NCBI RefSeq assembly: GCF_964204645.1
Contig: NC_134030.1
Coordinates: 851,355 to 915,354, forward strand
Direction: 5' to 3'
From: Tubulanus polymorphus
Taxonomy: Eukaryota; Animalia; Nemertea
Length of the DNA: 64,000 nt
Below, piece by piece: positions 13,360-23,864 of this stretch. The translations under genes and the position numbers were made by a program. The stretch's first letter is position 1; the number at the start of each line of letters is the position of its first letter. Under the pieces are notes generated by a model, which had not been told where the DNA came from, made no database searches, and saw only the letters and a program-made list of their open reading frames with translations.

Positions 13360-14185
13360 AAATGTTTCGAATGATTAACAAATTCTTACTCATTGTGTTC
13401 AGATCTGTAAATTCATTCATTCATTTCTATGATTATATTTTGCAATAAAGTGATAATAAAATGGTATCGTTATTCTGTATGTAAAACCAGTTGTTTATTA
13501 GTTATTTCTGATTTGTTGATCAGTTATGAAGGATTCACATTATCTCTCTGGGAGTAAGGTCCGAGGTGCTGATCAGTGATGAGACTCGTACATTCAGACT
13601 CGCTTTATAAGTGTAAGTCGTCATTTGTATAAGTCGTCACATTACTGAAGTCATCTCTATTTTTTAGTCTCAATTTGTATTTCTAATTCAATTTACTAAG
13701 TGTAAGTCATCATTTGTATCTAAGTCGTCACATTACTGAAGTCATCTCTATTTTTTGGTCTCGTTTGTATTTCTTATTGAATTGATTAAGTGTAAGTCAC
13801 CAATATAATGATCTGCATCACGACACGCAAAATCCTCCAGTTTTGCTGTAGGTTTTTGCAGCAAGAGGAACGGATGGGGTTCATGGACCTTTGTTATACG
13901 TATAGGTGAGAGGTGGAGAGGACAGGTCGTTCGGAGACCGCCTAAAATGTATTGAGGAGATTACGAATCCATTTAGTGGTTTCTAGAAGGATTTTTGGAA
14001 TATCTACCGATATCGATTCGTATTGGAATATTGCATTACAATACGTGATGCTAGAATTCCATAATTTTCGACGAGTTTTTGTTAACTGAAAGTGGATTCA
14101 AGTTCCATCCGTCAACTAGAACTGAACAAACAAAAAAAACCCGCACTCGAATATCTAGTATATCTAGTAACCGATTCTGTTCTGG

Positions 14186-14194
14186 TATATAAAA
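14186..14194 (+). promoter_or_regulatory. Candidate TATA box of an unannotated + strand transcript
   Basis: TATATAAAA, followed ~60 nt later by a consensus donor CAC|GTAAGT (GT at 14257); second TATATAAA at 14594. Confidence 0.35.
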
Positions 14195-15121
14195 CAGCCT
14201 CCACCTCTCACAGGACTAGAACCATCTGCATCTGATTATCCCGTTATTTAAGTCACGTAAGTTGAATATAAATTTCGTAATTACCTGACGGCATCAATGT
14301 TTCTGATCAGGTCTTATTCAACGCATCCGAGTCCGAAAAGTTTCCTTTAAGCAACATTTCGACTTTATTCTAATAGTCGACGAGGAATATCTCGATATTT
14401 TCGTTCTCTGTGTGGGATTTTTATCGAGTTAGGCCTATTTAACACGGTGGACTCGGAGAGTGTTTCAACAATCGTATCGGTTTTATTGCAGGTTCTTGAA
14501 AACCGCGATAGCTAAAAATGATTGGTAAGTTACGAAGGCAGAGCAGCGTATAATACACTATTTCAGGGAGAGGTTCGCCCCCAAAATATAGGGTATATAA
14601 AGAACGCAGCAGTTCTTGTACCATCCTCCAGAATCCCCTGGAATGTATCGAATCATTAACGATCTGAATTTAGTGTTTTGATGATGAGTTCGGGAATAGC
14701 GAACGAACCCCCTAAATTCGGGTCAAGATTTTTGCGAAATTTTGATACAATTTTCACGTTTTTTTTGGGGGGGGGGGGGGGGAAATGAAACAGTACAAGT
14801 AGTTGTGAATATATTATTATTGAATATTGGAGATAGATATTATAAATCTGACGTTGTAGAAATTATAAAATGCGATGATGTTTAAGTTCATGGTGAAATA
14901 AGTGTATTTTCTCGGCACGGGTTTGTTGTCTATAACTCGGAAAGAACATACATTTAAAATTTGAGTTGACAGCGAAAATCATATACTTTCGATGATTTCT
15001 GTAAATAAATATATTTGATCTGATTTGATTTATTAGTTAATGTATAAATGTGTATTTCAGACGATTTGATTTATTAGGTGATTGTACATGTATTAAACGT
15101 AAGTTTATATTTGAAGGTAAT

Positions 15122-15256
15122 GTGTATAAATTCGCTGTTCCGCTGTGCGTGATGTTGGCCTCAGTCTGGGCGATGGTCACCGCCGCCGCCGCCGCCGCCG
15201 TCGAGGATGAAAAAGAACTGGAGATGGAAACCCGTCGCACTGGCCTCAGTGCTTAA
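15122..15256 (+). other. Short ORF resembling a secreted pre-pro-peptide (possibly a pseudogene)
   Basis: VYKFAVPLCVMLASVWAMVTAAAAAAV-EDEKELEMET-RR-TGLSA*: hydrophobic segment, acidic spacer, dibasic site. GC-rich island in AT-rich DNA; AATAAA at ~15451. Start codon uncertain (GTG 15122 or ATG 15152). Confidence 0.3.
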
Positions 15257-15825
15257 TTACGGATTCTGGATCTAATTCAAGAATTCTGATCGGGGGACCA
15301 AGCGCGCTGGTCTTAGAAAACTTCTATCGTCCTCTTTATCTAATCATTAATTGTTTTGATTTATTCTCATTAAATTATTCTCTTCGTTTTATTCGGAAAG
15401 AACAATGGAAAACATTTCCTCATTAAAGATTTCTGTGACGACAATTTCGAAATAAACTACTATAAAGCCCAAGGAAACATTCAGGGGTGGATTTAGGGCG
15501 TTGTCTCGGGGGTCCGGGCCCCTCTCTACCCATCGAGACTGCCCCTTTCGTCAAGACTTAGAACTCCATTCCGAGATTGCATATTTTCGCACATTTCTTC
15601 AAAAATATCTAAACAACGACGAAGGTGGAAGGAACCCCGGTGGCCTATGACATGATTGCTCGATCTGAAAAATGCCTTAACCCTTAGAACCATCAGGAGC
15701 AAAGAATTGAGCTCGGGCTTCTTTTAACACTATTCCTGAAAATGAAAAATTAAAAAAAATTCCTCGGAGATGGAGGACGCAGCTCGGACTGCTGACTGAC
15801 CCCAAACATCGCACGCTAAAACCCT

Positions 15826-15900
15826 AACCCTGACCAGAGTCGAACCCGCGACCTCCAGCATGCCAGCCGAGCTTGCCAACCACTAGACCATAGACCAGTA
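15826..15900 (-). mobile_element. tRNA-derived SINE head or tRNA pseudogene
   Basis: Minus strand has Pol III A box TGGTCTAGTGG and B box GGTTCGACTC at tRNA spacing, but no good acceptor stem. Confidence 0.55.
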
Positions 15901-16280
15901 GCGATTGGTGTAGTCTTTGAGTTAGTCTGTTCAGTCTGGTGGTGACTGGTGACCAGTCAGCTGTGAGTTGACCAGTCAGGCATGGTGGCTGGTCACCAGT
16001 CACTTTGTGAGAGCTGGTTGTCGATCATTTTCTATTCATTGGCAATAATTCCTTTATTCCATAGCAGCTATTGATCCGATATTTCATTATTTTATCAAAA
16101 ACCGCATCTTTCAGCGCAAATCAGAAAATAAAACAAAAAACGATTATAAAAAACCAAAGATTTAGAATCAGAAGATGATATAAAATCCCTGCACACTAAG
16201 AATAAAAAGAGTCTGATTTTATATTATATTTACAACACGGACTCAAAGTGTTTCATCAATGGTTATAATGAAGACAACAT

Positions 16281-16594
16281 CAGTATTCCTGAAGATGACT
16301 ATTTAGGATAAGGTCGAAACGTTGAATAAACTACACTAGCTCAAGGAATACAGTATTCCTGAAGATGACTATTAGGATAAAGTCGAAACGTTGAATAAAC
16401 TACACTAGCTCAAGGAATACAGTATTCCTGAAGATGACTATTAGGATATAGTCGAAACGTTGAATAAACTACACTAGCTCAAGGAATACAGTATTCCTGA
16501 AGATGACTATTAGGATAAAGTCGAAACGTTGAATAAACTACACTAGCTCAATGAAACATCGCAGACTCAGTATTCCGAAGATGACTATTAGGAT
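16281..16594 (+). ncRNA. Tandem array of minimal type I hammerhead ribozymes (69-bp unit, 4 copies plus 1 partial), Penelope/retrozyme-like
   Basis: Each unit: helix I TATTC, core CTGAAGA, T, helix II GACT..AGTC (GACTAT/ATAGTC in copy 3), GAAA, palindromic ACGT, GTT cleavage triplet, helix I' GAATA. Units start at 16281, 16351, 16420, 16489; partial at ~16568. Confidence 0.75.
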
Positions 16595-16840
16595 TGTAGG
16601 CTAAGGAAATGCTTGAGTCTTTATTGTACACTAAATTAAAAACGTCCTTGCGGAAGGGGTTCGCTTAAAGTAAATGCAGCTATTTAAGGGCCATGGGGGG
16701 CGGTTCCAAAGACAGGGCATAGGCTTAAGGCCGGTCTAAGACAAACTTAGTTCTATAGCCAATCTAACAACTAAGACCAGTTTTGTGAATTGAGACCGCT
16801 TTTGGACAAGTCGTGACTATGGAACTGGCCCCAGGAGTCA

Positions 16841-18048
16841 TTAACGCGTGTACTCTTCAATCATACGGATTGGTACGACTATTTCATCGTGCGGTCCCTC
16901 TCCTCCTGTTCTCGATTTCTCCAACTCATACGCCTCGTAACCGTTAGCGACGTTATTGATCATGAATTCAAACAGTCCCGACCACGCTTCGTGTATCTCG
17001 CTCGTGTACGAGTGACCCAATACGTTTTCCCACGTGTACAAAACGCTCTTTTTAAATTCTTTCAAATAGCTGGGATGAAACGCGTTGATCAGTCCGTGTT
17101 TAGCTCCGAGCGGGATCAGACGATTTAAGGCCGTCTCGTCCAGTCTGTAGATATTCGTTACTACGTCGTTGATGAGAGTCATGAAGTTCGCCGAATGGGC
17201 GCGGAACACGGAATTCTGGTATAACTCGTCACCTGTCAGCGATCTGCAGAAATAAAGCTTTTTTATATCGCTTTGTTGCAAATGAGATATGAATTTTACA
17301 TGAATGAAAAGTGGAGATTCCCAAGGTTTGAATGTTGCCAAAGTTATTCATCTATCGACCAGGGGCCGGTTTCATGTAAAAGTTTAAGCTTAAATCAGTT
17401 AAGTTTGAATTGTTGTCCTCATTGAAAACATGAAGTAACCAAATGGCAATTGCACCAAAAATTTTAGTAAAAAAATTTTCGTGAAACTGGAACCCTATGA
17501 TTACGATAAAACACGCATCACAAATAGTTATAAAAATAGGGGAAAAATGACCCAACAATTTATAGTGTAATAGCTTAAATGGATTTTTTATTGGAGATTT
17601 GATTTTTCCATGGTTCATAGCTGAGGACTATGAATTTGTATATATTGCCTTGTAGATAGAAGAACTATTATCAAAGGCGCTATAACAGAAACAGGTCGCG
17701 CGGCGACTTGAGAGCAGAGATACCTTGAGTTGACGGGATTTGGGAGGTAGGGAATGCCACATGATCGGTGGCAAATATGGCTATTGCATGTCCACCAACT
17801 CAAGACACGATCTTAACAACTTACCGAAACGAGAAGGAATTCTTTATTTCCGGGCTGTTTGCAAACATATGCATGAATATCTTACAGCCAGTATCGACCG
17901 CTTGACGATGTTGACTAAAAGTCGGCCACGTTTTCTGAATGATTTCGATTTGAAAATCTCCTAAAACGTCTGCAGAATTTTGTTGATTATGGCGTCGTGA
18001 ACTGTACCATTCTAACGGCACATCGTACATTGAATTACACATACCCAT
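16841..18048 (-). CDS. Globin with N-terminal acylation motif (globin X-like), 208 aa
   Basis: Coding exons 18048-17825 and 17243-16841 (donor CG|GTAAG, acceptor TTTCTGCAG, phase 2). Globin landmarks: IQKTW (A helix), CKIFMHMFANSPEIKNSF (B/C/CD1), FRAH (E7 His), LGAKH (F8 His), EAWSGLF (H helix). N-terminus MGMCNS. Probable 5'UTR exon ending at 18880 (GTAAGT donor). Confidence 0.9.
17360..17496. mobile_element. MITE family D (GGGCCCAGTTTCAC[AG]AAA TIR)
   Basis: Copies at ~18699-18838, ~19639-19773 and ~59326-59461 share internal CATGTTTTCAATGAGGACAACAATTCAAACTTAAC; mostly in CCWGG contexts. Confidence 0.8.
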
Positions 18049-18409
18049 AATTGCTCTTCACAGCCCTGGAATCATGGAATCTGATAAATATATCGACTAA
18101 AAAAACATAAAAATGGTAAACACGATTTTTAACCCTTTTAGTAGCCCAATTTCAAAATACCCATGAATTGAATTACAGGCAGCCAACAAAGGATCAACAC
18201 AATATGATAACCGGTCAATTAATTGAAAAAAGTCTCGGGAGGTATAACTGTAACGGACACACCAGTTTAACAAGGGGGACACCAAGTACGTATCAAACCA
18301 ATCAACAAGATAGGGGGAAAATTCGATTCCTATCATTTCCAATGTGTTTTAAACTAATTCATAAGCATACGTTTGATTTAGACCTACAAATTCGGAACTA
18401 TAACTGAAC

Positions 18410-18585
18410 TAATTTTAAGATAAACACCCACTTTATACAGATTTAAAAGTTTTAAAAATCGAGAATTTATTCAATCCAAATATCAATAAGACACGACGTT
18501 TCGATCTCACACCTGACGATGATCTCTATTGTGAGATCGAAACGTCATCTGTATATAGCGATAAAGTGGGTTTCTGTCTTATAAT
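18410..18585. mobile_element. Inverted-repeat remnant containing a hammerhead core (Penelope-like LTR relic)
   Basis: CTGACGA-T-GATCTC/GAGATC-GAAA-CGTC at 18513-18546; perfect 17-bp inverted copy at 18495-18511; outer inverted match CCCACTTTAT/ATAAAGTGGG. Confidence 0.5.
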
Positions 18586-18698
18586 CTGATCCCCGAGTTT
18601 GAGTGTGGTTATACTGAACTGATTCTATCTCAGAGATATAACTCCAAAACGGACGACATGGATTGAACTATAAATATTCTATTGAAATCAAACTAACA

Positions 18699-18838
18699 CC
18701 TGGACCCATAGTTTCACGAAAATGTTAAACTAAAATTTTTTGTGTAATTGCTATTGGTTACTTCATGTTTTCAATGAGGACAACAATTCAAACTTAACCG
18801 TTTTAAGCTTAAACTTTTTTTTGTGAAACTGGGCCCTG
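18699..18838. mobile_element. MITE family D copy
   Basis: Inverted match to 17360-17496. Confidence 0.8.
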
Positions 18839-19462
18839 ATATCATTTCCACAGATAACTATTCGACTTTATTCACTTACCACTCTCTGAGGCCCCTCCTC
18901 AATTCTCTCGAATTGAAGTTTCCAGTTACAGTTTCCAGTTTTTCCAACGCTTAGTTATGAACAGTTAGTCTCACTGGATGCCTTCTGTATCGACTGCATC
19001 GACTCCGACGATTGATTTGAGATAGAATGCCAGGGGGAGGGGGTGGGGGTGAGGATCCAGACACCTATTGATAACTGAGGAAATTAAAATAATCATTCGG
19101 GCGGGAAGTACACATTCATAAGTATGACCTCAACAGAACAGGAAAAATATCAACTGTTAATTAATTAGGTATTTTATATCGATCTGATCGTTGTGTGATG
19201 TGTATGTGATGATTATGTTACAGTATCGGATTGTATCGGTTTCAGCGGCCAGAAACAAACGGCATCGAACATCATCAGTATCTGCCATGTATGCGACCAT
19301 GGGTGGGTATTCAGGGCATATATGGAGGGGTAGCACCTAATGAAAAGTGCAATAATTATATACCGAGGAACTATTTCTAAATACACGAAGAATATAGCAT
19401 AAGAATGTTTTACTGGTATGACATAACACGGCAAGCGCCCGCCCTGTCTCACTACACCGTCC

Positions 19463-19605
19463 GGTGCTGCCGCTATGCTCAACATTAGCGGATTTTTCAG
19501 ACACTGACGTGAATCGACTCTGGCAATCAAGGGGGAGTCTACTGCCAGAGTCAGTTCGTGTTAGTTTATGCAAAATCCGCTAATGTCGATCATAGCGGCA
19601 GCACC
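19463..19605. mobile_element. Palindromic MITE-like element
   Basis: GGTGCTGCCGCTATG.TC.ACATTAGCGGATTTT ... AAAATCCGCTAATGT.GA.CATAGCGGCAGCACC, with inner GACTCTGGCA/TGCCAGAGTC. Confidence 0.65.
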
Positions 19606-19638
19606 GTACTGTCCAGGACAAACACTAGGTACAGTCTC

Positions 19639-19773
19639 CAGGGCCCAGTTTCACAAAAGAGTTTAACTCAAATTTTTGGAGTAATCGCTATTGGTTACTT
19701 CATGTTTTCAATGAGGACAACAATTCAAACTTAACCGTTTTAAGCTTTAACTTTTTCGTGAAACTGGACCCAG
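19639..19773. mobile_element. MITE family D copy
   Basis: TIRs GGGCCCAGTTTCACAAAA / TTTTCGTGAAACTGGACCC. Confidence 0.8.
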
Positions 19774-21889
19774 GGCATCCTCGCTTACCAGGGCTCCGGT
19801 ATCACTCCCGAACTCGCTTCCGCCAGCTTCAGCGAACAGCTTTAGCGTAGTGGGTTCGAATCCCTTGACGAGTGAAGGTCTCCAGGGCAAACATCTGGTA
19901 CTATCTCCAGGGCAAACATCTGGTACTGTCTCCAGGACAAACATTACAATCAGTCCCCAGGACAAACACGCATGCCGATAGCTATGATCCTAATACATCC
20001 ACGTTTCGGGGATCTATTAAGCTCTTTATCGCTTTTTATTGCTACTAAAACAACATAATTGCTTTATGATGACAGCTATCGAGAGATAAAGCTAGACAGC
20101 AGCCATAATACATCGAGTCATTTTAGATTGCGCGGGGTGTGACAAGGTGGCCAAGTCAGCCAATCACTGATCGCTGTTCTATTCAAACCACAAATTCCTT
20201 TAATAAGTTCATAAATTTGTAAAAAAAAACTTCTCGAACATGAGGACGATATACCGCGTTTAGTGTCAGACTAAAAAGGATTCACCATTGTTAATTCATA
20301 AATCGACCACACTGTCCAATTCAAACTTCTCGAATATGAGAAAGAGTCATCACAAGTGATAAAAGTCAATATCATTTATTCGAAGAAAACTCATGGTAGA
20401 AACAACGATGAAATAAACAAAGCAGGGCCAAGCCCAAAGGGCTGCATTTGAATCAACCTTTGATTGTTACTAAAAACTTCGTGAAACGATTGATAGGTTT
20501 TAACGTGAATCATATATATTTCCATACAACAATTATACAAAATCCAGATTAAGTTCCTCAACCACGATGACTGTATTTCAAAAAAGACCAACCATAATGG
20601 ACGTATAAACTATAAACTAGGAAAATTTACTCATGTTCATCAAACTCTACTCTATTTTACGATAGGACCTTAATTAAATCGCTATCACATGAACAACTGA
20701 ATTCTATACAAGGGTGAACAAGTTACTAATAACCAAACTATTACGCAATTGAAGAGTTATAACATGATGATGAACATGTATGTCGTTCTTATGACAAATT
20801 TGATACGCTGCTGCTAAATGACAGGTATTATACTATAAGACAGGTATAAGAATTCATATAAGTTCCTCATGAACAAACACGTGAACTGTATTGCAAAAAC
20901 AGTTCAACATAAAAGCATTAGTCTGAGAGATAAAACCTAGAATTCACTCTAAAAAGCTTAAGATTAACAAATCCATCTTTAATTTCATTTTAATTGACAT
21001 TATTAATTGACAAGAAAAATATAATTTTGCAAACTTTGCCTCGTCTTAACTTGAAGATTTTCAAACATAATACATTCGCTTGAAATAAGTATTCTGACTT
21101 TTTGGCCAAGTCATGATTTTTAAAACATCATTAAAATCCAAAAATGAGAATATTACGCATATTAACTTTTTTATTGCGTCTAAAAGTCTAAAATTTTATG
21201 TCGACATATTTTCGCGCATACAACTCTTTAAAATACTGACTACTTAAGGTTCAGGCTAAGCACATTATTTCACACTAAGGAAATATGAAATGAACCACTA
21301 TTTCTAAGATTGGTTGATAAAAGACTAAAAGACCAATTCATCCAGGTTCATATGTCATTATTATCACAAATCATTAAAAGCTATGCTCAACTAAGTATCA
21401 AAAATTATCTGAAGTTCCCAATATCATGTTGATATTATATCTCTGTTAAGGCGCAACTCAACCGACCTATGAGTCGTAACAAGGCGGTTGACGCAATCAT
21501 TTCAACAGTGTCACCAACCTAACTTAACTAATCTAACAAAGATCAAAATCATGCAGCAGATTTTATGGGACTAGGAAGGAACTTAAATCAGATTACAAAA
21601 CAGAATGACTGTATACAAATTCATTAGTCTTCACGAAAATTTCATCCAATCAATTTAAAGTATTTGGATGGGATTTTATTGAAATATTCAAACGTGAATA
21701 GTTCCTTCTCAGGCAACAGGCCCCTAATTATCCTAACTTCAATTTCATTGAATAAATCATACTCTGTTCTACCACTACCAACAAGTAGACTGTAATCTGG
21801 CAGATTTCGTGAACTACATTTCTGACTAGACCAGTTTGTACAAGTGTGAAGTGTAAAAATAAATCAGTACTTTACTACACTTTGAAGTC

Positions 21890-22285
21890 CACTATTGTCT
21901 CTGTTGCTCCTTAGTGTTTATAAGATGCATTAGCTGCTCATCAAGTGTTTATAAGAGGCACTAGCTGCTCCTCGAGTGCTTATAAGATTCACTAGCTGCT
22001 CCTCGAGTGTTTATAAGATGACTAGCTACTCCGGAATCAGTGTTTATAAGATGACTAGCTACTCCGGAATCAGTGTTTATAAGATGACTAGCTACTCCGG
22101 AATCAGTGTTTATAAGATGACTAGCTACTCCGGAATCAGTGTTTATAAGATGACTAGCTACTCCGGAATCAGTGTTTATAAGATACACTATTGTCTCTGC
22201 TGCTCCTGGATCAGTGTTTTTAAGATGCGCTATTGTCCATGCTGCTCCTCGAGTGTTTATAAGATCCGCTACTGTTGCTCCTGAA
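21890..22285. repeat. Tandem repeat with a 33-bp core unit (AGTGTTTATAAGATGACTAGCTACTCCGGAATC) and diverged flanking units
   Basis: Four near-identical central units plus degenerate outer units. Confidence 0.9.
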
Positions 22286-23059
22286 TCATAATGTTGGTAG
22301 AAATCCACCATCTTGTTGAAGAAATCCATCGTTGGGTCGTAACTCGCTGCTGCTGGCTCCACAACTTCTCATCTGGACGTCTGCAGTTTTCATCGGCATC
22401 AGTAGTCGTCTACTTTTGGTTGTCGTTTACCAAGCGATGACCATTATTTCTAGGATAGAGTTTTTCTGAAATAAGTTAAGAAGAACATCCTTTGAGGCAG
22501 ACGATCCTAACAAGCATTGATTATAATTTATACGTTAATTTGAATTATACGGGCTGCCATGTTTTTTGTAGGGGCAAAATTCATCGAAATTGTTTGCCGC
22601 TTAAGGCCACAATAATTAATAGTAGTTCAGCGGCATAAATACATCACTGTTTAAGTGACAATAGAATATGAGGCTGGATATAAAATCAGCTGTACGTGTT
22701 AATTGACATGTGTATCAACTTAACTTTCTTAAGATTGCCGAGCATCCTTTTTTCATCGTCCTGTGGTGTCTACGTCATCTTCTTAATCATGGTGGGCCTG
22801 TTCAGATTAAGTTTACCTAAAATGAGAAAAAGAACAACATTCTGTAGTCACACAATTGTCTGATTAATTGTAATTATTATTATTAATAATAATAATAATA
22901 ATGACATGTGTATCAACTTAACTTTTTCAAGATTGCTGAGTTCAGTATCGTCTTGTTGTAGCATCCTTTCATCGTCATCTTCTGTCCTCTTCGGCGGCGT
23001 CGTCGTCTTCTGGGGGAGTCCTGAAATGAAAAAAAAGAACAGAGATGAAAACCTGGTAC

Positions 23060-23864
23060 GGAACAAAACTAATGTCCGAAAGCGTTGGCTCCCCGGCGCC
23101 GGTCAGGTGCAGAGGATAACAGAAAAAGAGTCAGCCAGGAATTTGCTGCCCTCTACACGCCCTCACACAGAACGCAAAAACCTGAATGGCAACGCCTCAC
23201 GTCCACCATCAAACCACAGGGTGTACTGGGCGACGTCAGTAACTGACAAACCTGTAAGATTGCACGAAATACAAATAGCGCAGTACAACCAGCTTGACCG
23301 GGTTGAGATTCAGGATCTCAACTAGCACCCAAAAGCGTGACAAGAGACTTCATCCACTGACCGAGGTTGTCACAAGGACACAATGAAACTAGCACTCACA
23401 AGCCGACAAGAGACTTCATCCACTGACCGGGGTTGTCACAAGGACACAATGAAAACTAGCACTTAAACTAGAAATCAAAGAGCGTGACAGTAGAATCATC
23501 CCTCAGCCGACTCAGAATACCAGAAACAAAGAGCGTGACAGTAGAATCATCCCTCATCCGGGCGGTCACAAGGACACAATGAATGCTAGTAGCGTGACAG
23601 TCCAGTATAACCACTCCATTTTTACCCCGAACATCCGACAGATTTGCCCGTCATTGACGTCGTTCAGCACACACTGCAGTAAGATAATGAACGTGAAGCA
23701 GTTGTCGTCCTGGTTTTCGTGTTCCGTATGAGGGCGTGTAGAGGGCAGCATTTCCTGACCGACTCTTTTTCTGACATCATCTGCACATGACCGGCGAAGG
23801 AGCCGACGCTTTCGGACATTAGTTTTGTTCCATAGTACGTTGAAAATCGACAGATAGATCGGCC
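23060..23864 (-). ncRNA. Candidate intron-spliced long hairpin RNA (~195-bp inverted arms)
   Basis: Arm A 23060-23254 and arm B 23639-23831 are inverted repeats, ~80% identical by eye. On the minus strand, acceptor TTTTTCAG (exon starts 23864), donor GGG|GTAAAA (23625) and acceptor CTTACAG (exon starts 23251) would remove the spacer. Confidence 0.5.

Noticed and set aside
15826-15900. Functional tRNA gene
   Set aside because: A and B boxes are present but the acceptor stem does not pair; treated as a SINE head or pseudogene.
19775-19880. GGGTTCGAATCCC B-box hairpin suggesting a tRNA
   Set aside because: No A box or cloverleaf could be built upstream; at most a SINE fragment.
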